NCBI GenBank assembly: GCA_965248925.1
Contig: CBDFLE010000005.1
Location: 1,472,001-1,536,000, forward strand
Reading direction: 5' to 3'
Source of the DNA: Candidatus Multivoradales bacterium
Lineage (GTDB): Bacteria > Acidobacteriota > Thermoanaerobaculia > Multivoradales > J023
DNA length: 64,000 bases
Translations under genes and position numbers: made by a program
The notes under the pieces: generated by a model
The model's database searches: none
Told to the model about the DNA's origin: nothing
Seen by the model: the letters and a program-made list of their open reading frames with translations, nothing else
Part shown: positions 47,301 through 59,300 of the stretch, piece after piece
How the letters are laid out: each line of letters begins with the position of its first letter
How positions within the stretch are numbered: position 1 is the first letter of the stretch

Positions 47301-50300
47301 CACCGCCACCGCCTGCGGGTGGGCTAAGGCCTGCACCGCAAACAACTCCGGCAGCGACGCTTCGCGCGGATAGACGGTAGCCGTGTCCGACCATGCGACC
47401 AACTGCGCCTGCTCACTCGCCGGCAACAACGGCAGCTGCCACAGCTGCCGCTCCGGATCCGAGACCACCCCATCTAGCAACACCCGCAGATGGCCCGCCA
47501 GACGCTGAATCGTCACCTCGTCGAAGAGATCGACGTTGTACTCCAAGCCGCCGCTGAGCCCCTCTTGGCCTTCCTCTAGGTTGAGGCTCAGGTCCCACTT
47601 CGAGGTTTTCCAGGCGAATTCGACCGGGTAGGTCTGCAAACCCGGTATCGCCGCCGTCCGCAGAATGCTCCGGTGCAGGCTGAAAGCTACCTGGAACAGC
47701 GGCGAGTAACTCAGGCTGCGCTGCGGAGCCAGCTCGTCGACCAGCCGCTCGAAAGGCAGATCTTGATGGTTCAATGCCCCCAACGTAGCTTCTCGAACCC
47801 CCGCCAACAGCTGTCGGAAGCCGAGCTCGTCGGCCACCTCGGTGCGCACCACCAGGGTGTTGACGAAGAAACCGATCAGGCCTTCGAGCTGCGAACGGTG
47901 GCGGCCGGAAACCGGCGTGCCGACGCAGATATCGCGCTGACTCGTGTAGCGCATCAGAAGCGTCATGAAGGCGCCCAGGAGCACCATGTAGAGAGTCGCT
48001 CCCTGAGTCTGGCCGAGGGATTCAAGAGCTTCGCTCAGCGCCTGCGGCAGGCGCAGATCCAACACAGCGCCGCGCTGACTCAGAACTGCGGGCCGCGCGC
48101 GATCCGTCGGCAGCTCCAACAGCGGCGGCGCGCCGGCCAGACGCTGGCGCCAATAGGCGAGCTGGGCAGCGCCCAGATCTCCTTCTTCTAACCAGCGCTG
48201 CTGCCAGGCGGAGTAGTCTACATATTGCACCGGCAGTTCCGCCAGCGGCGAGGCTTTCCCCGCCGAATAGGCGGTGTGCAACGCGGCCAGCTCGCGCATC
48301 AACACTTCCTGCGACCAACCATCGCTGATGATGTGGTGCGTGGTCAGCATCAAGATGTGGTCGTCCGGAGCCAGGCGCAGCAGCAGAACTCGGAACAGCG
48401 GACCGGTGCTCAGAGTGAAGGGGCGGCCAGATTCTTCTTCGACCCAGCGGTCCGCTACCCCTCGCCGCCAAGCCGCCGGCAAGGCGCTCAGATCGACCAC
48501 CGGCAGCCGCCAGCGGCCGGCGGCGGCGACCACTTGCCGCGGCAGGCCGCCCGACGCTTCGAAACGGGTGCGCAGCACCTCGTGCCGGCGCACGATCTCA
48601 GCCAGGGCCTGCTCCACCGGCGCCAGATCAGAGTGCCCCGCGATGCCCAGCACTAGCGGCACGTTATAAGCCGAGCTGTGCGGATTCATCTGGTCGATGA
48701 ACCACAGCCGCCGTTGGGCGAAGGACAGCGCCAGCGGCTCGCCATTGCGGGCTAGACGCGCGAGCGGCAGGCTAGCGTCATGGGCTTCCAGGAGTGCCGC
48801 ATCGATCGTCTGCGCCAGGCCGCGGGCGGTCGGGGTCTCGAAGAGAGTCTGGAGCGCTATTTCGACCCCGAGCACATCGCCCAGACGCGAAATCATCCGG
48901 GTGGCCAGCAGCGAATGGCCACCCAGGGTGAAAAAGTCGTCATCGATTCCTTGGCAATCGACCCCTAGGATCTCCGAGAAGCACTCCACCACCGTCGTCT
49001 CGGTCACACTCCGTGGGGCCACTCTTTCGCTGGCTATGAGCCCTATCTCATCCGGCTCCGGCAGGGCCTTGCGATCCACCTTGCCATTGGCATTCAGCGG
49101 CAACTCGGCCAAGAACACATAGTCCGGCGGCACCATGTACTCGGGCAACTTCAACCGCGCCAGCTGGCGCAGTTCCGCGGCTGTTGGAGCTGTCGGCGCG
49201 GCACTCACCACATAGGCCGCCAGGCGCAGGCCGGCTGGGGTTTCCCGCGCCATCACCAACACCTGCTCGACGCCGGCCTGCTCACCCAGCACCGCCTCGA
49301 TCTCCCCCAGCTCGATGCGGAAACCGCGAATCTTCACCTGATGATCGAAACGACCGAGGAACTCCACTGCACCTCCGGCCCGATAGCAGACCCGGTCGCC
49401 CGTGTGGTAGAGCCGGCCGCCAGGCTGGCTGGAGAACGGATTGGGCACGAACTTCTCAGCGGTCAGTGTGGGCCGCCGGAAATAACCCCACGCCAAGCCG
49501 TCACCACCGATCAGCAGTTCGCCAGCCACCCCCATCGGCACCCTGCCCGAGTGTCGATCCACCACCTCCAACGTGCTATTCGCCAAAGCCCTGCCGATCG
49601 CTACCGTCGTCGCTTCGGCTGGCACCTCCTCTACCCTCTGCCACGAAGCAAAAGTAGTGCTCTCCGTCGGCCCATAAACGTGCAGTAGGTGCTCCGGACT
49701 CCCAGCCCCGAGCACCGCCCGCACCCAGCGCGGATCGATCGCCTCGCCACCAAAGAGCACCTGCCGCAGACCAGCCAAGGCGCCAGGCGCTTCGCTACCT
49801 ATCTGGTGAAACACCGCCGTGGTTAGAAACAGCGTGGTGATCCTCTTCGCCCGCAGCTCGGCCGCCAACAACGTGGGCGAGATCAGCGTCTGCTGGGCAA
49901 TGCCCACCACCGCGCCGCCGTGCAGCAAGGCTCCCCAGATCTCGAAAGAGGCAGCGTCGAAGGACGTATTGGAGGCCTGCGCGACGCGCTCGTCACCTAC
50001 CAGCTGGAGGTAGTTGGTCGCCACCAGCAAACGCGCGATCGCCTGCTGCGGCACCGCCACTCCCTTCGGCCGCCCGGTCGAACCCGAGGTGTACATCACA
50101 TAGGCCAGGCTCTCGGCCGCCGCCAAGGGCTCGAGCGGTGCGGTCTTCTCCTGCTCCACCTCCGGCGCAGTATCGAGGCAGATCACCTTGCCAGAGAAGG
50201 CCGGCAGCTCGCTGGCCACCGCCGTCTCACTCAAAACGATCTCGACTCCCGAGTCCTCCAACATCAGCCCCAGCCGCGCCGCCGGATACGCCAAGTCGAG

Positions 50301-53300
50301 CGGCACATAGGCGCCGCCCGCCTTCAAGATCGCCAGCATGGCGACGATCATCTGCGGCGAACGACCCGCGTACAGACCCACCAGGGTGCCGGCCTCGACA
50401 CCACGGCGGCGCAAGTAGCGGGCCAGCTGGTTGGCCGCACCGTCCAAGGCGCGATAGCTCAAGACCTGATCCTCGTAGGCCACCGCCACCGCCTGCGGGT
50501 GGATCAGGGCCTGCACCGCAAACAACTCCGGCAGCGACGCTTCGCGCGGATAGGCGGTAGCCGTTTCCGACCATGCTACCAGCTGCGCCTGCTCACTCGC
50601 CGGCAACAACGGCAGCTGCCAGAGCTGCCGCTCCGGATCCGAGACCACCCCATCTAGCAACACCCGCAGGTGGCCCGCCAGGCGCTGAATCGTCACCTCG
50701 TCGAAGAGATCTACGTTGTACTCCAAGCCGCCGCTGAGCCCCTCTTGGCCTTCCTCCAGGCTGAGGCTCAGGTCCCACTTCGAGGTTTTCCAGGCGAATT
50801 CGACCGGGTAGGTCTGCAAACCCGGTATCGCCGCCGTCCGCAGAATGCTCCGGTGCAGGCTGAAGGCTACTTGGAATAGCGGCGAGTAACTCAGGCTGCG
50901 CTGCGGAGCCAGCTCGTCGACCAGCCGCTCGAAAGGCAGATCTTGATGGCTCAATGCCCCCAACGTAGCTTCTCGAACCCCAGCCAACAGCTGTCGGAAG
51001 CCGAGTTCGTCGGCCACCTCGGTGCGCACCACCAGGGTGTTGACGAAGAAACCGATCAGGCCTTCGAGCTGCGAACGGTGGCGGCCGGAAACCGGCGTGC
51101 CGACGCAGATATCGCGCTGACTCGTGTAGCGCATCAGAAGCGTCATGAAGGCGCCCAGGAACACCATGTAGAGAGTCGCTCCCTGAGTCTGGCCGAGGGA
51201 CTCAAGAGCTTCGCTCAGCGCCCGCGGCAGGCGCAGATCCAACACCGCGCCGCGCTGACTCAGAACTGCGGGTCGCGCGCGATCCGCCGGCAACTCCAAC
51301 AGCGGCGGCGCGGCGGCTAGACGCTGGCGCCAATAGGCGAGCTGGGCAGCGCCCAGATCCCCTTCTTCTAACCAGCGCTGCTGCCAGGCGGCGTAGTCCG
51401 CATATTGCACCGGCAGTTCCGCCAGCGGCGAGGCTTTCCCCGCCGAATAGGCGGTGTGCAACGCGGCCAGCTCGCGCATCAACACTTCCTGCGACCAACC
51501 ATCGCTGATGATGTGGTGCGTGGTCAACATTAAGATGTGGTCGTCCGGAGCCAGGCGCAGCAGCAGAACTCGGAACAGCGGACCGGTGCTCAGAGTGAAG
51601 GGGCGGCCAGATTCTTCTTCGACCCAGCGGTCCGCTACCCCTCGCCGCCAAGCCGCCGGCAAGGCGCTCAGATCGACCACCGGCAGCCGCCAGCGGCCGG
51701 CGGCGGCGATCACTTGCCGCGGCAGGCCGCCCGACGCTTCGAAACGGGTGCGCAGCACCTCGTGCCGGCGCACGATCTCAGCCAGGGCCTGCTCCACCGG
51801 CGCCAGATCAGAGTGCCCCGCGATGCCCAGCACTAGCGGCACGTTATAAGCCGAGCTGTGCGGATTCATCTGGTCGATGAACCACAGCCGCCGTTGGGCG
51901 AAGGACAGCGCCAGCGGCTCGCCATTGCGGGCTAGACGCGCGAGCGGCAGGCTAGCGTCATGGGCTTCCAGGAGTGCCGCATCGATCGTCTGCGCCAGGC
52001 CGCGGGCGGTCGGGGTCTCGAAGAGAGTCTGGAGCGCTATTTCGACCCCGAGCACATCGCCCAGACGCGAAATCATCCGGGTGGCCAGCAGCGAATGGCC
52101 ACCCAGGGTGAAAAAGTCGTCATCGATTCCTTGGCAATCGACCCCTAGGATCTCCGAGAAGCACTCCACCACCGTCGTCTCGGTCACACTCCGTGGGGCC
52201 ACTCTTTCGCTGGCTATGAGCCCTATCTCATCCGGCTCCGGCAGGGCCTTGCGATCCACCTTGCCATTGGCATTCAGCGGCAACTCGGCCAAGAACACAT
52301 AGTCCGGCGGCACCATGTACTCGGGCAACTTCAACCGCGCCAGCTGGCGCAGTTCCGCGGCTGTTGGAGCTGTCGGCGCGGCACTCACCACATAGGCCGC
52401 CAGGCGCAGGCCGGCTGGGGTTTCCCGCGCCACCACCAACACCTGCTCGACGCCGGCCTGCTCACCCAGCACCGCCTCGATCTCCCCCAGCTCGATGCGG
52501 AAACCGCGAATCTTCACCTGATGATCGAAACGACCGAGGAAATCGATCTCTCCCTCAGCCCGGTAGCGAGCCCGGTCGCCGGTGCGATACAGACGTCCTC
52601 CCGGCGCTGTCGCGAAGGGATCGGGAACGAAAACCGCCGCGGTCAAAGCTGGCCGGCCGAAGTAGCCTTGGGCGAGCCCGTCGCCAGCGATCAACAGCTC
52701 CCCAGGAACACCGATCGGCCCCCAGCGAAGGTACTCGTCGACCAAGTGGACACGGGAATTGGAGATCGGAACGCCAATCGGCACCGCTGTCGCGCTCTCT
52801 TCGAGGTGGTCCAGCCGGTGGCATACCGCAAAAGTGGTGCTCTCGGTCGGCCCATAGCCGTTGATCAACTGCCGCGGCCGATCTTGGTGGTCGAGCACCG
52901 CCCGCACCCAGCGAGGGTCCGCGGCCTCGCCGCCAAAGATCACCTGTCGCATACCGCGGAAGGCACCGGGGAGTTCTTGTCCCACCTGGTCAAACACCGC
53001 CGCCGTTAGAAACAGCGTGGTGATCTTCTTCGCCCGCAGCTCGGCCGCCAACAGCGCGGGTGAGACCAGCGTCTGCTGAGCAATGCCCACCACCGCGCCG
53101 CCGTGCAGCAAAGCCCCCCAGATCTCGAAAGTGGCGACGTCGAAGGACGTATTGCACCCCTGCGCGATGCGCTCGTCACCGACCAGCTGGAGGTAATTGG
53201 TCGCCACCAGCAAACGCGTGATCGCCTGCTGCGGCACCGCCACTCCCTTCGGCCGGCCGGTCGAACCCGAGGTGTACATCACATAGGCCAGGCTCTCGGC

Positions 53301-56300
53301 CGCCGCCAAGGGCTCGAGCGATGCGGTCTTCTCCTGCTCCACCTCCGGCGCGGTATCGAGGCAGATCACCTTGCCAGAGAAGGCCGGCAGCTCGCTAGCC
53401 ACCGCTGTCTCACTCAACACGATCTCGACTCCCGAGTCCTCCAACATCAGCCCTAGCCGCGTCGCCGGATAGGCCAAGTCGAGCGGCACATAGGCGCCGC
53501 CGGCCTTCAAGATCGCCAACATGGCGACGATCATCCGCGGCGAACGAGCCGCGTACAGACCCACTAGGGTGCCGGCCTCGACACCACGGCGGCGCAAGTA
53601 GCGGGCCAGCTGGTTGGCCGCGCCGTCCAACGCGCCATAGCTCAAGAACTGATCCTCGTAGGCCACCGCCACCGCCTGCGGGTGGGCTAAGGCCTGCACC
53701 GCAAACAACTCCGGCAGCGACGCTTCGCGCGGATAGACGGTAGCCGTGTCCGACCATGCGACCAACTGCGCCTGCTCACTCGCCGGCAACAACGGCAGCT
53801 GCCACAGCTGCCGCTCCGGATCCGAGACCACCCCATCTAGCAACACCCGCAGATGGCCCGCCAGACGCTGAATCGTCACCTCGTCGAAGAGATCGACGTT
53901 GTACTCCAAGCCGCCGCTGAGCCCCTCTTGGCCTTCCTCTAGGTTGAGGCTCAGGTCCCACTTCGAGGTTTTCCAGGCGAATTCGACCGGGTAGGTCTGC
54001 AAACCCGGTATCGCCGCCGTCCGCAGAATGCTCCGGTGCAGGCTGAAAGCTACCTGGAACAGCGGCGAGTAACTCAGGCTGCGCTGCGGAGCCAGCTCGT
54101 CGACCAGCCGCTCGAAAGGCAGATCTTGATGGTTCAATGCCCCCAACGTAGCTTCTCGAACCCCCGCCAACAGCTGTCGGAAGCCGAGCTCGTCGGCCAC
54201 CTCGGTGCGCACCACCAGGGTGTTGACGAAGAAACCGATCAGGCCTTCGAGCTGCGAACGGTGGCGGCCGGAAACCGGCGTGCCGACGCAGATATCGCGC
54301 TGACTCGTGTAGCGCATCAGAAGCGTCATGAAGGCGCCCAGGAGCACCATGTAGAGAGTCGCTCCCTGAGTCTGGCCGAGGGATTCAAGAGCTTCGCTCA
54401 GCGCCTGCGGCAGGCGCAGATCCAACACAGCGCCGCGCTGACTCAGAACTGCGGGCCGCGCGCGATCCGTCGGCAGCTCCAACAGCGGCGGCGCGCCGGC
54501 CAGACGCTGGCGCCAATAGGCGAGCTGGGCAGCGCCCAGATCTCCTTCTTCTAACCAGCGCTGCTGCCAGGCGGAGTAGTCCACATATTGCACCGGCAGT
54601 TCCGCCAGCGGCGAGGCTTTCCCCGCCGAATAGGCGGTGTGCAACGCGGCCAGCTCGCGCATCAACACTTCCTGCGACCAACCATCGCTGATGATGTGGT
54701 GCGTGGTCAGCATCAAAATGTGGTCGTCCGGAGCCAGGCGCAGCAGCAGAACTCGGAACAGCGGACCGGTGCTCAGAGTGAAGGGGCGGCCAGATTCTTC
54801 TTCGACCCAGCGGTCCGCTACCCCTCGCCGCCAAGCCGCCGGCAAGGCGCTCAGATCGACCACCGGCAGCCGCCAGTGGCCGGCGGCGGCGATCACTTGC
54901 CGCGGCAGGCCGCCCGACGCTTCGAAACGGGTGCGCAGCACCTCGTGCCGGCGCACGATCTCAGCCAGGGCCTGCTCCACCGGCGCCAGATCAGAGTGCC
55001 CCGCGATGCCCAGCACTAGCGGCACGTTATAAGCCGAGCTGTGCGGATTCATCTGGTCGATGAACCACAGCCGCCGTTGGGCGAAGGACAGCGCCAGCGG
55101 CTCGCCATTGCGGGCTAGACGCGCGAGCGGCAGGCTAGCGTCATGGGCTTCCAGGAGTGCCGCATCGATCGTCTGCGCTAGGCCGCGGGCGGTCGGGGTC
55201 TCGAATAGGGCGCGCAGCGGCACTTCGACCTTGAACGCCTCGCGCAACCGTGAACGCAGTTGCACTGCCAACAACGAGTGACCACCGAGGGCGAAGAAGT
55301 CGCCATCGATATCAGGGCACTCGACGCCAAGGACACGGGAGAAACACTTCAGCACCAACTCTTCAGTTCCGCTCCGCGGAGCCGCCGATCCTTGGTCAGC
55401 AGACCTACGTTGATCCGGCTCCGGCAGCGCCTGCCGATCTACCTTACCGTTGGCGGTTAACGGCAACTCGGTCAGGAAAACGAATTCTGCGGGCACCATG
55501 TACTCGGGTAGCTTCAACAGAGCCAACTTGCGCAGCTCCACCACCGCCGGCGGCGGTGCCGCGCTACTCACTACATATGCCACCAAACGCCGGTCCCCGG
55601 GAGATTCGCGCGCCAGCACCAACACTTGGTCGACGTCGGCCTGTTCGCCCAGTACTTTTTCGATCTCGCCCAATTCGACGCGGAAACCATGGATCTTGAC
55701 TTGATAGTCGACCCGGTCGAGGAATTCGATGCTGCCATCTACTCGATACCGGCCCAGATCCCCGGTCCGGTACAGTCGTGCTCCCGCCGTCGCCGCAAAA
55801 CGGTCGGGCATGAACGCAGCAGCAGTGCGAGCGCTTTCACCGAGGTAGCCGCGCCCCACCCCGACCCCGCCGACACAAAGTTCCCCGGCGGCTCCCAGGG
55901 GTTGCGGCTCAAGCCAGCGATCGAGTACATAGAGACGCAACTTGGCTAGCGGCCGGCCGATCGGCACACCCGCCGCGCCGAACTCTCGCGGCTCGCGAAT
56001 GAGCTGATGGGTCACGTCGTCGGAGCACTCGGTTGGACCGTAAGCGTTGACCAGCGGAATATCTGGGAAAGTCTCCAGCCAGCGCTGACAGAGGCCCGGC
56101 GGCAGAGCCTCGCCGGTGGGTATCAACCAGCGCAAACGACTCAGCCGGCTAGCCGTGGTGGAGGCCTGCAACTCGCCGAGCAAGACCTGCAATAACGAGG
56201 GTACGGTCTCGAAAATCGTGATCTGTTCTACTTCGAGCTGTTCGATCAACAAACCCGCATCATGAGTGATCCGATCGCCAAATATCGCCACCCGTCCGCC

Positions 56301-59300
56301 GACTAACAGCGGAGCAAAGAACTGCCAGACCGAGATGTCGAAGCACTGGCTGGCGGTCTGCGCCACTGCATCGCCCGCCGTCAAGGTCAGGTCTTCGATC
56401 TTGTTGAAAAGGTGGTTGACCATGCCCCGCTGTTCGACCATCGCTCCCTTCGGTACTCCGGTCGAGCCCGAAGTGAAGATCACATAAGCGAGATCGCTGA
56501 GGCTGCTCTTCCGCCGCATTTTGCTAGCGGCTGATTCTTCGGCCAGCAGGCTCTCGAGACCCTGAAGCTGTGGTGCCCCGACCACCGCATCGTCTGCCAG
56601 TGCTTCACGCAGAGACGGCAAGTAACGGTCACTGGCAAGAACCAGCGGCGCAGCGCTGGAATCAAGGATCAGTCGTTGCCGAGCCACCGGGTGGTGAGGA
56701 TCGAGAGGTAGGTAGGCAGCACCGGCCTTGAAGACAGCCAGAATCGCGGTGAGTAAGTCGAGACCGCGATCGGCCAGCAGGGCCACCACGACGTTGGCAG
56801 CTACCCCGCGTAGGACCAGCGCTCTCGCCAACCGATCGGCCCGCTGATCGAGCTGGCGATAGCTCAGTCGATCGCCGCCGCAGCTGGCGGCTACCGCCAT
56901 CGGTGTGCGCTCGACCTGAGCCGCGAAGAGATCGGCCAGGCAGCGGGGTTGAGGGAATTGCTCGCTGCTATCGTTCCACTCGGCGAGCAATTGATGGCGC
57001 TCAGCAGCTGAAATCAATGGCAGTTCGCGGAGCAGCTGCTGGGGATCCTCCACCACCGCACCGAGAAGACGCTGAAAATGGCTCAGTAAACGGCGAACGG
57101 TGACCTCGTCGAACAGGTCCGAGTTGAATTCCACCTCCGCGCTGAGCCCTTCTTCGGCGCTGCCCATGAACAACGTAAGATCGAACTTCGCGGTGCCGTT
57201 GGCGACCTCGAGAGGCGCCATCTCGATCCCCGGCAGCCGGCCGGCAACCTGCGGCACGTCGTCCGCGAACATGACCTGGAAGAGGGGCGAATGGCTCAGA
57301 CTGCGCTGCGGTTGCAGCTCTTCTACCAACACCTCGAAAGGCATATCCTGGTAGGTGTAGGCATCTAGAACGACCTGCCGCGAACGCTCGATCAAGTCGC
57401 CGAAAGTCGATTCGCCGTGCAACTGCGACCGCAGCACCAGAGTGTTGGCGAAGAAACCGATCATGTTTTCGCTCTCCACCCGCTGGCGCCCGGCGATCGG
57501 CGTACCGACACAGATATCCTGCTGCCCAGTGTGGCGGTGGAGCAGAGCGTTGAAGGCCGCCGACAGCAGCATGAAACGAGTCACGGAGCGCTGCCTGCAC
57601 AGTGCTTTCAGATCTTGCCGTAGAGACTGCGAAAGGTTTATTCGCAAGTGCCCGCCGCGGAAACTTTGCGTCGCCGGACGAGGTCGATCGGTAGCCAGCT
57701 CGAGGACGTTCGGAGCGCCGGCGAGCTGCTGTCGCCAATAGGAAAGATGCTGCTCGAGCACTTCGCCGCGGAGCCATCCGCGCTGCCAATGTGCATAGTC
57801 CGGATACTGGATGGCAAGGGGCAGGAGTGGGGACGGCCGACCCGCAATAAGGGCTCCGTACAAGGCGGTCAGCTCTTCGATCAACACCCCGACCGACCAG
57901 CCATCGCTGACGATGTGGTGCAGGGTGAGGAGAAATGCGTATTCCTCGTCCCGCAGACGCAGCAGGGTCGCCCGGAAAAGCGGACCGGTGGTCAGATCGA
58001 ACGAAGTTCGAGCCTCCTCGACCACCCGGCGCTCAATTTCGAGTTGGCCAGCCACCGTTGCCAGCGACCGCAAGTCCACCTGGTCGAGGCGCATCGGCAG
58101 GTCGTCGTGAACCACCTGTCGCGGACTGCCGTCGGTGGATTCAAAAGTCGTGCGCAATGCTTCGTGCCGCGCCACCACTTCCTGGAGAGCCTGCCGCAGG
58201 GGTGCCTCTTGCAAGCGACCGTAGAGACGCACCGCGGTGCTGATGTTGTAGGCCGGGTTGTCTGGTTCGAGTTCGGCAAGAAACCACAGGCGCTGTTGAT
58301 TGAACGATAGAACCAGGCTCTGGTCGCGGGCCACTGGTGCAAGCTCGGGCTGGGCCAGGTGCCGCCCATGAGCCTGGGCCTCCTCGACCATCTTGGCGAA
58401 ACCAGCCACCGTCGGTTGTTCGAACAGGGTTTGCAGCGGCAGTTCGACCCTGAACTTCTCCTGCACCCGGGAAATAGCTCGACTGGCTAGCAGGGAGTGA
58501 CCGCCCAGCGCGAAAAAATTGTCGTGAATCCCCACCCGCTCGGCCCGCAGAAGTTCACTCCAGAGGCCGGCCAAGAGTTCTTCCAGCGGGGTGCGGGGAG
58601 CCGCCGAAGATTCTTCTTCAACGTTCCACTGCGGCTTTGGCAGAGCGGCTCGATGGACCTTGCCGTTAGGTTGCAGCGGCAGCCCCGCAATCTCCACAAA
58701 AGCCACCGGCACCATGTAAGCCGGCAGCTTGGTCTCAAGGAACTCGCGCAGCACGGCACGGCTGAGCGCCGGCTCAGCGGTCGGCACCACATAGGCCACA
58801 AGTCGGGCATTCGCCGGTATTTCATTGTCGGCGATGACGACCGCGTCCTGTACCTGCGGATGCTGCCGCAGCACCACTTCGATCTCTCCCAACTCGATGC
58901 GGAAGCCACGCAACTTCACTTGCTGATCGGTACGGCCGAGGAAGACCAAATGGCCATCGGGGAGGTAGCGCACCATGTCGCCACTGCGATAGAGGCGCGC
59001 CCCAGGCAGCGTGGAAAAGGGATCGGGAACAAATGCCTCGGCGCTCAATGCAGGCCGACGGAGATAGCCACGGGCGAGCTGTACACTGCTGACATGAAGT
59101 TCACCTGCCATGCCAGTCGGCACCAGGCCAAGTTCTCGGTCGAGAACGCAACATCGGGTATTCTCGAGCGGCCGGCCAATCGGTACCTCGGGCAACCTAC
59201 CGCGATCCTCCGCGGAGATCGCCTGCAAATCGATCCTGGTCACTACGACGGTGGTCTCAGTGGGCCCATAAGTATTGAACGTCGGGCCGCGGGTCGCCGC

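Noticed and set aside
45874-55205. Repeats as insertion sequences, or repeated plus-strand ORFs as real genes
   Set aside because: The repeats are in-frame NRPS modules; the plus-strand ORFs are antisense shadows.
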